A DNA stretch of 64,000 nucleotides, from assembly GCA_016713135.1 (NCBI GenBank), contig JADJPR010000023.1:668427-732426 (forward strand), given 5' to 3'. This document shows, piece by piece, positions 1-10,991 of this stretch. The translations under genes and the position numbers were made by a program. Every line of letters starts with the position of its first letter. The first letter of the stretch is position 1. The notes under the pieces were generated by a model. It made no database searches and was not told where the DNA came from. It saw nothing but the letters and a program-made list of their open reading frames with translations. The DNA comes from Rhodanobacteraceae bacterium (lineage in GTDB: Bacteria; Pseudomonadota; Gammaproteobacteria; Xanthomonadales; SZUA-5).

Positions 1-2497
1 CCTCAACCGCTTCGCCGTAAAATTCGAGCACGGTATCACCACCCACCGTAGCTGGGTTGCCCAGCGCGCGAACGGGAACAATTCGATCACCGTGGCGGAG
101 CTTGATTGCGGCAACTGTCTGGCCCACGAGATTGACGCCTGCGGCGGCGATATCGGAAGCGCGGACTTGTTGCAGACCGGTCTTCGTCACACGGATCTCA
201 GCCGAGGGCGCACCCGCGCCACGTCCGAGTCGCTGGCGACGATCGAAACCCTCGTGGGTGGCGGCCTGCAGCCTGGCCTGTGCCCATGGCGCCGGCTCCA
301 AGCGCGGCTTGCTGCCGAGCGTCTGCCCGATGGCATAGGGACCGAAACGTTCACGCATGCCATCAACCGACCACTCTTCGAGGTAGATCGGCGCATCGGA
401 GCTAGTGGTGAATTCCTTCAGATACGACTGAGGGCGTGTTGTGTTGCCGAGGACACTGGCAACCGGATCACGGCCCAAGGGCTCGATAGAACCATCAGCC
501 TGTCGCTGCAGGACCTGGAAGCCAAGCGTGCCAGTCTCCGTCGCAGTGGTCCAGTCAACAGCAATACGCGAGGTATCGAGGCGGGCCACGCGAACTTCTG
601 CCAATGTCACCGGGAGCGTCCCGGGCGGCGCCTGCCAATCCTCCACTTCGCCGTCGCGCGCATACCCCCCCGAAGCGGGGCCACTCACACTGACGAACGA
701 AGGATCGGTGGAGAGCCGGAGACGAATTGCATCGGCGTTAGGCACCGTCACACTCGGCACGTTCCAGACAAGCACAACGTTGCCGCTGAAGCCGCTGGCT
801 AGATTGGGGGTAGCGAAGCTGCCGCCGGAACCGCCAAGCGTTGGCTCAGATCGTTCGTTGCTGTCGAATGCACCGTTATCGTTCCAGTCGATCCACCCGA
901 CCAAATTGGCTCCGGTACCTGCATTGTTCGTCGCACTGACTTGCAGGCAATATTGACCGGGGCCAACGGTGACCGGTCCGCAAGTCATGCTTGTCGCGTT
1001 GTAGGCTTGAATTCCGCCAGTGCCACCGACGATGGCATCCTCGTCGGCACCAACACCGTCGTCGCTGTCGAAGGCGGTGCTGGCAGTCCCAGAGGACTCG
1101 CCGTCGGGTGGATTTGCTCCGAGGTGAAGCAACCGACTGCCGAGCAAGTGGCGTGGCCCGCCCGCGGCAAAGGTTGTGCCGTAGGTCGACGGCGCGTCGC
1201 CGTAGTCGACGGCGCAGAAGCTCAATGGACTCAGCCAGACGGCATGCAAAAACCCCTCCCTGGTCTTGTCGCCGTGACCGAAAGTCACGCGTACCCGGTC
1301 TACCGGACTGAGGAACCGGTAGGTTGCCTCACCGGGTGCAAGCGCGTTGTCAGCAACAAGTGCGTCTGATTCTAGCCAATTGCCGTAGAAAGCAAGATTC
1401 GTATCGATCGTATTGACGAAACTGACGAACACGGGCACTGGCTGTGTGGAGGCACCCAAGAAGCCTTCCATCTTGGCGATGTCTTCGTAACCAGCTGTAG
1501 TACTCGGTGGAGTGCTGGTGTGGATGTCGCGGATACTCATTTGGAAATCGCGAACGGCCAGCGGCTGATCAGCGCTATCGCGAAGAACGAAATCTGCAAA
1601 TTCGATGTCGTTTTCTCCGCCACCAGGTGCCGGAATGGCGCCGCCCGTACCCGCGGTTGTCCTATATCGGTAATGCCGACTATTAGCGGGCACGTTGACA
1701 CCCGCGTCCGCCCGTAACGTAAAGCTTGCAATAGTGTCAGTATCCCCCGGCGCCTGACCGCTATTGCTGAGTTCGCGGAAGCGCACGTCATCGCGTGTGA
1801 CTGTGAAGTTGAACGTGGCATCCTCGGTACCCCCGGTCCAGTCATAGGAGGCGGTCGTCGAGCAGACCTGGGCCGGAGGAGACGGATTGACTTGACGCAG
1901 CACCAACTGGGCCGACTGTAGACTCCCGCTGTTGAGGCCAGGACCCACATCGTCGCAAACGCGCAATTCCCAATTCGTGTTGGCAACGTTGCCGGTATAT
2001 GCATTGATGGTAGCCGCGGGGACGCTGACAAGCCGCCGATAAGGCAGCCTGAAATTTGCGTCTGCTGCCTCGTGATCATTATCACCGTCGTCAAGCGGTG
2101 CTGGCCCTGCTAAGCCTGCGCGCGAACCGTCCTGGTTCTCCGTGAACGTGACATTGTAATGGTTGTCAGTGTCGCCGCTACTGGCTGCCACCAGATTCGT
2201 GTCCCCACCCGGTCTGACCAAGCGTATTCGCAGATCACCCCGGTTGTTGTGCCTTGCCAATACCCCAACGCTGATCGAAGCGTTCGTGAAACTCACCGAG
2301 CTTGGTACGTTAATCGTCCCGGCAGTAGCGAAGGCCGTGAAATCACCATTACAGAGCGGTATCGCTTGATTGGTGTTCGGGAAGTTGAACACGTGCACGA
2401 TGGAGGGAACCTGTGCTTCCGCACGCAGGCCCACGAGGCCCACACATAGCGCGAGCAGGGCGCCAAAAAGGTGCGATCGCCAGATTGCCAAGCTCAT
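1..2497 (-). CDS. large secreted protein, N-terminal ~832 codons (signal peptide, proprotein-convertase P-domain-like module, GEVED-type motif); continues past the left window edge
   Basis: Not in the ORF track because the frame never closes inside the window. My reverse-strand translation from the ATG (complement of 2495-2497) runs stop-free to nt 1. It starts [29 protein letters not shown] (signal-peptide-like). It contains [22 protein letters not shown]...[28 protein letters not shown] (P-domain-like) and DGEVEDWQ. The distal part ([23 protein letters not shown]...VLEFYGEAV) resembles regions that precede peptidase C25-type domains. G+C is visibly lower than in the rest of the window. Confidence 0.7.
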   Translation of the reverse strand, partial: MSLAIWRSHLFGALLALCVGLVGLRAEAQVPSIVHVFNFPNTNQAIPLCNGDFTAFATAGTINVPSSVSFTNASISVGVLARHNNRGDLRIRLVRPGGDTNLVAASSGDTDNHYNVTFTENQDGSRAGLAGPAPLDDGDNDHEAADANFRLPYRRLVSVPAATINAYTGNVANTNWELRVCDDVGPGLNSGSLQSAQLVLRQVNPSPPAQVCSTTASYDWTGGTEDATFNFTVTRDDVRFRELSNSGQAPGDTDTIASFTLRADAGVNVPANSRHYRYRTTAGTGGAIPAPGGGENDIEFADFVLRDSADQPLAVRDFQMSIRDIHTSTPPSTTAGYEDIAKMEGFLGASTQPVPVFVSFVNTIDTNLAFYGNWLESDALVADNALAPGEATYRFLSPVDRVRVTFGHGDKTREGFLHAVWLSPLSFCAVDYGDAPSTYGTTFAAGGPRHLLGSRLLHLGANPPDGESSGTASTAFDSDDGVGADEDAIVGGTGGIQAYNATSMTCGPVTVGPGQYCLQVSATNNAGTGANLVGWIDWNDNGAFDSNERSEPTLGGSGGSFATPNLASGFSGNVVLVWNVPSVTVPNADAIRLRLSTDPSFVSVSGPASGGYARDGEVEDWQAPPGTLPVTLAEVRVARLDTSRIAVDWTTATETGTLGFQVLQRQADGSIEPLGRDPVASVLGNTTRPQSYLKEFTTSSDAPIYLEEWSVDGMRERFGPYAIGQTLGSKPRLEPAPWAQARLQAATHEGFDRRQRLGRGAGAPSAEIRVTKTGLQQVRASDIAAAGVNLVGQTVAAIKLRHGDRIVPVRALGNPATVGGDTVLEFYGEAVE

Positions 2498-2681
2498 AAA
2501 ACGTCCTCACTTGTCAAAGTTGCCGCTGCACTGGGGGCGACAAAGCCCTACGCTCAATTGTGCCCCCGCCAGCGCGCCGTTGTCCATCACCCACACAGCC
2601 CACTTGGCGCAATCTCGCAAGACTGCAACCGCTGCGCGCCTTTCAGGATAGGCGAAAGGCGGCAGGTGGTGCGCTTTGGAT

Positions 2682-3085
2682 TTGCGATCGTCTCCCATCC
2701 GGATGCCGGCAAGACCACGCTGACGGAGAAGCTGCTGCTGTTCGGCGGGGCGATCCAGATGGCGGGGTCGGTGAAGTCGCGCAAGGCGGCGCGGCATGCC
2801 ACCTCTGACTGGATGGCGCTGGAGAAGGAGCGCGGGATCTCGGTGACGTCCTCGGTGATGCAGTTCCTACGCCGGGCGGATCGTCAACCTGCTGGACACG
2901 CCGGGCCACGCGGACTTCTCGGAGGACACCTAGCGCGTGCTGACTTCGGTGGACTCGGCGCTGATGGTGATCGACTGCGCCAAGGGCGTGGAGGAGCGCA
3001 CGATCAAGCTGATGGACGTGCGCCGGCTGCGCGACACGCCGGTCATGAGCTTCATCAACAAGCTGGACCGCGAGGGCCGCTCGCC
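2682..3085 (+). pseudogene. prfC: decayed duplicate of the 5' third of prfC (about codons 14-150 of RF3)
   Basis: Near-identical by eye to 4806-5212 of the intact gene. Translates [63 protein letters not shown] 2-nt deletion (about 2868-2880) then shifts the frame, and TAC->TAG occurs at 2931-2933. Similarity stops after ...[11 protein letters not shown]. Confidence 0.85.
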
Positions 3086-3191
3086 ATTCGCAGCGTCGTG
3101 CGCGCAGGCGTTGCATGGGATGATCGTGCCGGCGGCTTTGGCAGTGGCACAAGCGCCCGGCGTCGCATGGAGGTGGCTTTGTAACCGAAGC

Positions 3192-3461
3192 TCAAGGCCC
3201 CGCGTGCCCGGCGGGCTGGACCTCATCGCCGGTACGCGGAGGCTGTCCGCCCTCGCGCGCCATGATCGCGTCGAACCTGGCCAGATCTGCGCGGCTCTGT
3301 CGCTCCAGGAAAAACTGCTCGGCGGTCATGAAAGCCAGCTTTTCAGCCACGGCGGTCGCGACAAACTGGTTGGCGCTGGTGCCGTCCTGCTTGCTGACCC
3401 TTTCGACCGCGGCCTTGATCGAGCGTGGAAGACGCAAGGGAAAAGTTGAACTCGTTTTCAT
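3192..3461 (-). CDS. ribbon-helix-helix / HicB-like type II antitoxin (89 aa)
   Basis: ORF-track protein [45 protein letters not shown]... has the strand-helix-helix pattern of RHH antitoxins. It overlaps the upstream PIN gene by 4 nt (3458-3461). Confidence 0.6.
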   Translation of the reverse strand: MKTSSTFPLRLPRSIKAAVERVSKQDGTSANQFVATAVAEKLAFMTAEQFFLERQSRADLARFDAIMAREGGQPPRTGDEVQPAGHAGP

Positions 3462-3909
3462 CGCAATCTCGTCAACGCCTCCGACGGTAGCAACAGTTCG
3501 ATTCCAAACCTGGCCGGGGCTTTCGCGAAATCGCGCTGATTGAACGTGATCAACGCGTCTGCGCTGCCGTTGACTGCCGCCTCCAGGACCATTTCGTCGG
3601 CCGGATCACGCAGCTGCGGGCGCCACGAGTAGTGGATCGCAACCGGTCGCACGATCACAGCCAGTGCATCGAGGAAGGCCTGTGCATCCTCCCGAGGCTC
3701 GCCGCCAAAAGGCGTTCGTCCTCGCTGCACTTCGCTTCGTACTCGAGAAACAATGGGACACTGACCAGGAGAATCAGGCGTCCATGCCGGGCCATGCGCA
3801 ACAGTTCTGCCGAAGCGCCGGCCGGGCTTCGCAGGCACGCGATGAGGCCCACAAACGCAGAGTCAGAACAACACGAGCCCGAACTTCTCGAACGGCGCGA
3901 AATCCCCAC
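3458..3909 (-). pseudogene. PIN-domain toxin (TIGR00305-like), apparently frameshifted
   Basis: The N-terminal half (...DSAFVGLIACLRSPAGASAELLRMARHGRLILLVSVPLFLEYEAKCSEDERLLAASLG) is in the 3655-3909 frame. The C-terminal half (EDAQAFLDALAVIVRPVAIHYSWRPQLRDPADEMVLEAAVNGSADALITFNQRDF) is in the 3458-3838 frame. The halves join if one G is restored in the G-run near 3693-3697. The start codon is uncertain, and this may be a sequencing error. Confidence 0.5.
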
Positions 3910-4240
3910 GGTTGAGCGTCACGAATTCGGCGCCGACGTTGATCGCGCAGGCGGCGATCAGGGCGTCGGTTCGGGTTCTGCGGTTGCGGCCGGTTGCGTT
4001 GTACATCCTTCCGGCAAGATCGGCGGCGGCTTCTGTGACCGGCTCGATTCGGCCAGCAAGGACGGCACGGGCTAGCTCCTTGTGTTCGTCGCTGACCGGG
4101 CCGCAGACGAATTCGTACCAGACCAGCGCGCAAGCGGCGGCTGGCTGGCCCTGCTGAATGCGTTTGATCGCCGGATGATCCTCGCGCACCCAGACTGGCA
4201 AAGCAATCAGGCCGTTGGTATCGAACTGGATCCGGCTCAC
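3863..4240 (-). CDS. vapC: VapC-family PIN-domain toxin (125 aa)
   Basis: [14 protein letters not shown]...TDALIAACAINVGAEFVTLNRGDFAPF carries the acidic residues and layout of a PIN domain. It has an ATGA start/stop overlap with the upstream antitoxin at 4237-4240. Confidence 0.8.
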   Translation of the reverse strand: MSRIQFDTNGLIALPVWVREDHPAIKRIQQGQPAAACALVWYEFVCGPVSDEHKELARAVLAGRIEPVTEAAADLAGRMYNATGRNRRTRTDALIAACAINVGAEFVTLNRGDFAPFEKFGLVLF

Positions 4241-4500
4241 GAGCGGCGCTCATCGGCTTCGAGGCGTGCCGCGCGCGCCTCCGTGGTGAGAATCCGAAGT
4301 TGACCCGCGTCCATCGGCACTGCGCCCGCCCGAAAACAATCGAGGGCCTGCTGAGGCGTCAGGCGAACCGCGGCCCGCTCCACCGCGGCGCGCACCGCGC
4401 GCCGGACAACTCCGGCTTGGGACGTGCCCCACAGTTCCGCCAGTCGACGCAGGGCTTCGATGGTGTCGCTGTCGAGGCTGAAAGTCGTGCGATGGGCCAT
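4237..4500 (-). CDS. vapB: VapB-like RHH/CopG antitoxin (87 aa)
   Basis: An internal ATG (complement of 4498-4500) of ORF 4237-4608 gives [40 protein letters not shown]..., a typical RHH N-terminus. It is translationally coupled to vapC. Confidence 0.65.
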   Translation of the reverse strand: MAHRTTFSLDSDTIEALRRLAELWGTSQAGVVRRAVRAAVERAAVRLTPQQALDCFRAGAVPMDAGQLRILTTEARAARLEADERRS

Positions 4501-4766
4501 GGCCGCAATCCGATGTGATGGCATATTGCGATGGTATGCGCTCAGATCCTGGGCGAGCAACCCGAGAAAGACGAAAATGGTCGATTCAGGAGCGCCTGAC
4601 TCGACCAAGACAGTCTGTTCGGCGCCCGTTGACCCTTCGACGGGCTCAGGGGATTAGCAGCGGAGCGACCTCCGCTACAGGAATGCGACAAGGACCATCA
4701 TGGACTGGTCGCGACGTGCGTGTCGCTCCTACAATGCGCGCCCTTTTTGTATCTCCTGCCGAGTCC

Positions 4767-6368
<1,602 letters not shown>

Positions 6369-7211
6369 GCGCATTTGTGGGTTCGAACTTTGTTCGAACG
6401 CTTCTGCCCCGGATGGCACGACCAGCCCTGAGCGTCCGGACAAGGTCCGGACCCACGGGGGCTCATCGCCGCGTTGCCCCGCGGATGTGAGGGCATTTGT
6501 GGGTTCGAACCTTGTTCGAACGCTTCTGCCTCGGATGGCGACCAGCCCGAAGCGTCCGGACAAGGTCCGGACCCACGAGGGCTCATCGCCGCGTCGCCCT
6601 CGCGGATGTGGGGGCATTTGTGGGTTCGAACCTTGTTCGAACGCTTCTGCCTCGGATGGCACGACCAGCCCTGAGCGTCCGGACAAGGTCCGGACCCACG
6701 AGGGCTCATCGCCGCTTCGCCCTCGCGGATGTGGGGCATTTGTGGGTTCGAACCTTGTTCGAACGCTTCTGCCTCGGATGGCACGACCAGCCCGAAGCGT
6801 CCGGACTAGGTCCGGACCCACGAGGGCTCATCGCCGCGTCGCCCTCGCGGATGTAGGCGCATTTGTGGGTTCGAACCTTGTTCGAACGCTTCTGCCTCGG
6901 ATGGCACGACCAGCCCTGAGCGTGCGGACAAGGTCCGGACCCTCGAGGGCTCATCGCCGCGTCGGCCTCGCGGATGTGGGGGCATTTGTGGGTTCGAACC
7001 TTGTTCGAACGCTTCTGCCTCGGATGGCACGACCAGCCCTGAGCGTGCGGACAAGGTCCGGACCCTCGAGGGCTCATCGCCGCGTCGCCCTCGCGGATGT
7101 GGGGCATTTGTGGGTTCGAACCTTGTTCGAACGCTTCGGCCTCGGATGGCACGACCAGCCCGAAGCGTCCGGACAAGGTCCGGACCCACGAGGGCTCATC
7201 GCCGCTTCGCG
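6369..7211. repeat. tandem array of 7 x ~122 bp filling the prfC/permease convergent intergenic region
   Basis: The unit marker GCATTTGTGGGTTCGAAC recurs at 6371, 6493, 6614, 6736, 6859, 6982 and 7104 (periods 121-123). Each unit holds three potential hairpins: GTTCGAAC-ctt-GTTCGAAC, GTCCGGAC-aag-GTCCGGAC and CGAGGGC-N13-GCCCTCG. Confidence 0.9.
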
Positions 7212-8482
7212 GCCGCATACATCAACGCACTGACCGCCAGCGCCACGCCGATCGCGATCCACTCCTGGGCACTCAGGGAGGCCAGGATGACGCCCATCGC
7301 GGCGACGCCGATCAGCGGAATCAGGGGCCCGCCCGGCAGATGCATCGGCTCCTCGTGGGTACGCGAGTCGACGCGCTGCAGGCGCCACGCGGCGAGGCAG
7401 ACGAACAGGTAGAGCAAGCCGACGGCACCACCCGACACCAGCGCCAGCGTCGCGAAATCGCCGGTCAGCGCCAACGCCAGCGCGACCGCGGCGTGCACGA
7501 TCACGGCAACGTGCGGTACGCGCGTGCGCGGATGCACCGCGCCCAGCGCTGCCGGCAGCAGGCCGTCCCGGCCCAGCGCGTACAGCAGCCGCGAGTTGCC
7601 GAGGATGTTGCCGTGCAGGTAGCCGAGCATCGACAGGCCGGCGCCGAGCAGCAACAGGGTGAAGCCGGGCGTCCACAGCGCGCCGGCGGTGCTGGCCAGC
7701 GGCGTCTTGTCGCCTGCCAGCGCAGCGCCGAGAACGCCCTGCGCCGACAGCTGCAGGCCGACATACAACAGGATCACGAATACGATGGCCACCAGCGCCG
7801 CGCGCGGCACGGTGCGGCCTGGATCGCGCACTTCGCCGGTCGGCACCAGCGCGCTCTCCATCCCGGCGTAGGCAAACAGCACCAGCACCATCGCCTGGCC
7901 CCAGTGCTGCCACGCCGGCCATGCGGGCACCGTGAGCTGCGCCGGCTCGATGAACCAGATGCCGAGCAGGACCAGCAGCACCAGCGGGGTGAGTTTGGCA
8001 GCGGCCAGCACTCCAATCGCGCGCGCGCCGAGGCTCACGCCGCGCAGGTTGAGCGTCGCGAACAGCCCGAACAGCAGCACCAGCAGCAGCGCCCGCGCGC
8101 CGCCCTCGCCCGCCGCCGGCCAGACACGCGCGGATTGGTCGACCAGCGCTGCGGCGACGCCCGCGCAACCGGTGACATTCGAGATCCAGGTCAGCGCGCC
8201 GAAAGAGAATCCGGCGAAGGGCCCGAAGGCATCACGACCATAGCTGTAAGGGCCGCCGGTGGCGGTCGCACGGCTGCCGGCGGCGGCGAAACACAGGACC
8301 ACCGGCACCATCAACAGAGCGCCAAGCACGAATGCGTACGGCGCCGCGGGGCCCAGGGTATCCGCCAGGCGCCCCGGCAGCGCGAAGATGCCGCCGCCGA
8401 CAATGATGTTGACGATGGCCGCCGCCAGCAGGGTGGTGCCGAAGGCGCGGACCAGGAGTTGTTCGCTGGCGGTTTGGGTCAT
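7196..8482 (-). CDS. APC-family amino acid permease (428 aa)
   Basis: MTQTASEQLLVRAFGTTLLAAAIVNIIVGGGIFALPG... is polytopic and hydrophobic throughout. The ATG at the complement of 8480-8482 was chosen inside ORF 7196-8566. The last codons (KRR-stop) lie in the terminal repeat unit. Confidence 0.85.
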   Translation of the reverse strand: MTQTASEQLLVRAFGTTLLAAAIVNIIVGGGIFALPGRLADTLGPAAPYAFVLGALLMVPVVLCFAAAGSRATATGGPYSYGRDAFGPFAGFSFGALTWISNVTGCAGVAAALVDQSARVWPAAGEGGARALLLVLLFGLFATLNLRGVSLGARAIGVLAAAKLTPLVLLVLLGIWFIEPAQLTVPAWPAWQHWGQAMVLVLFAYAGMESALVPTGEVRDPGRTVPRAALVAIVFVILLYVGLQLSAQGVLGAALAGDKTPLASTAGALWTPGFTLLLLGAGLSMLGYLHGNILGNSRLLYALGRDGLLPAALGAVHPRTRVPHVAVIVHAAVALALALTGDFATLALVSGGAVGLLYLFVCLAAWRLQRVDSRTHEEPMHLPGGPLIPLIGVAAMGVILASLSAQEWIAIGVALAVSALMYAAAKRR

Positions 8483-8873
8483 GCGTCGACGGCCACGGCT
8501 GGGGGTCGCGCAGCATCGCACGGCGCGGGTCCAGGCTGCGTCGTTCCCGTCTGGGCCGTCGTGCACCTGGGGATGGCAGGCGCAGCTTCAGCGGCCGAAA
8601 AACCAGCAACCCGGCCGGTCCGGCACGCCGCCACAGGAATCCCGGGAGGAATTCACTCCGACCAGGGCCGCGCGCTGGTGTTCCGGCAGCGGCGGCAACG
8701 CGGCAACCAGGGCCAGCCACAAGCCGGCGGCCAGCAGCAGCGTGGAAGCGATTCGGGCAGCGGTGCGCATGACACGGAGTCCTCGGTACGTGCGACGGTC
8801 TTTCAGCGCGGGGCGCGGTCGATGACAGCGCCTGCTACCCCCGCAATCAGAAACTGTCGACTGGGTCCGCCTT

Positions 8874-10727
8874 TCAGAGCAGCACGCGCGTGCCGAGTTC
8901 CACGATCTGGTTCGGCGGCAGCCTGAACCAGGAGCCGACATCGTCGGCCTGCCGGCTCATCGCCGAGTACAGCCCCGCACGCCAGCCCGGCAGCTTGCCC
9001 GGACCGTCGGCGATGGTCGAGCGGCCGACCACCCAGGTGATCGCGATGTCGTCCGCCAGCAAGTCCGTATCGTGCCCGCGCAGGGCCACCGGCAGGTCGG
9101 GCTCCTCGCGGAAGCCGTAACGCACGCGCACGTCATAGAGGCCATTGCCCAGCGCTTGCACGGTCACCCGCTCGGGCCTGGAAACATAGGGCACCTCGAG
9201 GAAATCGGTGTGCACGAACAGCACCCGCTCGTGCAGCACCTTGAAATGCTTGAGGCAGTGCAAAAGCGCGCTCGGCACGCGGTCCGGATCGGAGTTGAGG
9301 TAGACCGCGGTGCCTGGCACCCGCGGCACGCCGGCTGCCAGCGTGACCGGGCATTCGGCCATCGGCAGGTCCAGCCGCTGGCGCTCGCGCGCGACCAGGG
9401 CGCTGCCGCGGCGCCAGGTGGTCAGCAGCACGAAGATCGCCGCGCCCAGCGCCAGCGGGAACCAGCCGCCGTGCATGAACTTGCTGGCGTTCGAGGCGAA
9501 GAACACGCACTCGAGCAGCAGCACCGGCAGCAGGAAGGCGATCAGGCGACGCCGCCCGGCGCCCGGGCGCTGCGCCGCGATCGCCACGGTCAGCAGCGAG
9601 GTCACGATCATCGTGCCCGACACCGCGACGCCATAGGCCGCCGCCAGCGCGCTCGATGAGCCGAAGGCGAGCACCAGCAGCAGCACCGCGACCAGCATCG
9701 CCCGGTTGACCGCCGGCACGTAGATCTGGCCGCGCTCGGTGTCCGAGGTGTGCAGCAGGCGGATGCGTGGCAGGTAGCCCAGGCGCGAAGCCTGCAGGGT
9801 GATCGAGTAGGCACCGGAGATGGTCGCCTGCGAGGCGATCACGGTGGCGGCGGTGGCCAGTGCGACCAGCGGCCACAGGAACCAGTCCGGCGCCAGCGCG
9901 TAGAAGGGATTGGCTGCCGCAACCGGGTCGCGCATCACCAGCGCGCCCTGGCCGAAGTAGTTCAGCAGCAGCGCCGGGCACACCAGGCCGTACCAGGCCA
10001 CCCGCACCGGCCAGGGCCCGAAGTGGCCCATGTCGGCATACAGCGCCTCGCCGCCGGTCAGCGCCAGGAACACCGCCGCCATCAACACGAAGGCGGCGTG
10101 CGGGTGCTCCAGCGCAAAGCCCAGCGCATGGCGCGGGTCGATCGCCCACAGCACTTCGGGCGTCTGCGCGATGCTGGCGACGCCGAGCATCGCCAGGGTG
10201 CCGAACCAGACCAGCGTGATCGGGCCGAAGGAGGCGCCAACCCGCCCGGTGCCATGGCGCTGCACCAGGAACAGTCCGAGCAGGATGCCGAGGGTGATCG
10301 GGATCACCCAGTGCGCCAGCGACGGCGCGGCCAGCGCCACACCCTCTACCGCCGAGAGCACCGAGATCGCCGGGGGGATGAGCGCATCGCCATAGAACAG
10401 CGCGGCGGCGAACACGCCGAGCACCGTCACCACCGCGGCCAGGCGCCGCCGCCCGGCGCTCGCCCGGTGCGCCAGCGCGGTCAGCGCGAGCACCCCGCCT
10501 TCGCCCTCGTTGTCGTGGCGCAACACGATCCACACATACTTCAGCGAGATCACCAGGGTCACCGCCCAGAACAACGCCGAGAGCGTGACCAGCACGTTCT
10601 CGGGCGTGGGCGCGAGGCCGTGACCAGGGGTGAAAGCCTCCTTGAAGGCGTACAGCGGGCTGGTGCCGATGTCGCCGTAGACGATGCCGAGGGCGGCCAG
10701 GACCAGCGCGGGTTTTTTCGATTGCAT
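8874..10727 (-). CDS. kup: KUP/HAK/KT potassium uptake transporter (617 aa)
   Basis: MQSKKPALVLAALGIVYGDIGTSPLYAFKEAF..., full-length Kup-like. The start at the complement of 10725-10727 lies inside ORF 8874-10796. Confidence 0.95.
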   Translation of the reverse strand: MQSKKPALVLAALGIVYGDIGTSPLYAFKEAFTPGHGLAPTPENVLVTLSALFWAVTLVISLKYVWIVLRHDNEGEGGVLALTALAHRASAGRRRLAAVVTVLGVFAAALFYGDALIPPAISVLSAVEGVALAAPSLAHWVIPITLGILLGLFLVQRHGTGRVGASFGPITLVWFGTLAMLGVASIAQTPEVLWAIDPRHALGFALEHPHAAFVLMAAVFLALTGGEALYADMGHFGPWPVRVAWYGLVCPALLLNYFGQGALVMRDPVAAANPFYALAPDWFLWPLVALATAATVIASQATISGAYSITLQASRLGYLPRIRLLHTSDTERGQIYVPAVNRAMLVAVLLLVLAFGSSSALAAAYGVAVSGTMIVTSLLTVAIAAQRPGAGRRRLIAFLLPVLLLECVFFASNASKFMHGGWFPLALGAAIFVLLTTWRRGSALVARERQRLDLPMAECPVTLAAGVPRVPGTAVYLNSDPDRVPSALLHCLKHFKVLHERVLFVHTDFLEVPYVSRPERVTVQALGNGLYDVRVRYGFREEPDLPVALRGHDTDLLADDIAITWVVGRSTIADGPGKLPGWRAGLYSAMSRQADDVGSWFRLPPNQIVELGTRVLL

Positions 10728-10800
10728 GCGGATCGCGAGCAGTTGAACGCGCCGCGCAGGCTGGGCGCGCGGGCACGTGCACGCAACCCACGCCACGCGG

Positions 10801-10818
10801 TTTTTACGCGGCGTTTAC
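10801..10818 (+). promoter_or_regulatory. candidate KdpE operator (direct repeat TTTAC-N6-TTTAC)
   Basis: TTTTTACGCGGCGTTTAC has two TTTAC half-sites 11 nt apart. It is the only T-rich patch in the kup-kdpF intergenic region and lies ~95 nt upstream of kdpF. The spacing fits tandem OmpR-family binding and recalls the T-rich E. coli kdp operator (from memory). Confidence 0.35.
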
Positions 10819-10909
10819 GGCCGGGCCTGCGCTTGCGCATCGCGCCGCTACGCCCGCCTGGCGCACTGTGGCGATGTCGGTGCCAGGTGCACTTTGTGGA
10901 GTAGCCACG

Positions 10910-10990
10910 ATGAATCTGCTGATCCTGTTGCTGGCCGTGGCGTTCGCGGCCTACCTGCTGGCCGCCGTGTGGTGGCCGGAGCGCTTCTGA
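10910..10990 (+). CDS. kdpF: K+-transporting ATPase subunit F (26 aa)
   Basis: Small ORF missing from the track: MNLLILLLAVAFAAYLLAAVWWPERF. GGAG lies 8 nt upstream and the stop is 1 nt before the kdpA ATG. Confidence 0.75.
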   Translation: MNLLILLLAVAFAAYLLAAVWWPERF

Positions 10991-10991
10991 C

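Noticed and set aside
8588-8941. 117-aa ORF, or its internal 60-aa version from the ATG at the complement of 8768-8770 (MRTAARIASTLLLAAGLWLALVAALPP...), between the permease and kup genes.
   Set aside because: The internal version has a plausible signal or TM segment, but there is no family signature, the RBS is weak, and the size is small. The evidence is insufficient to call a gene.
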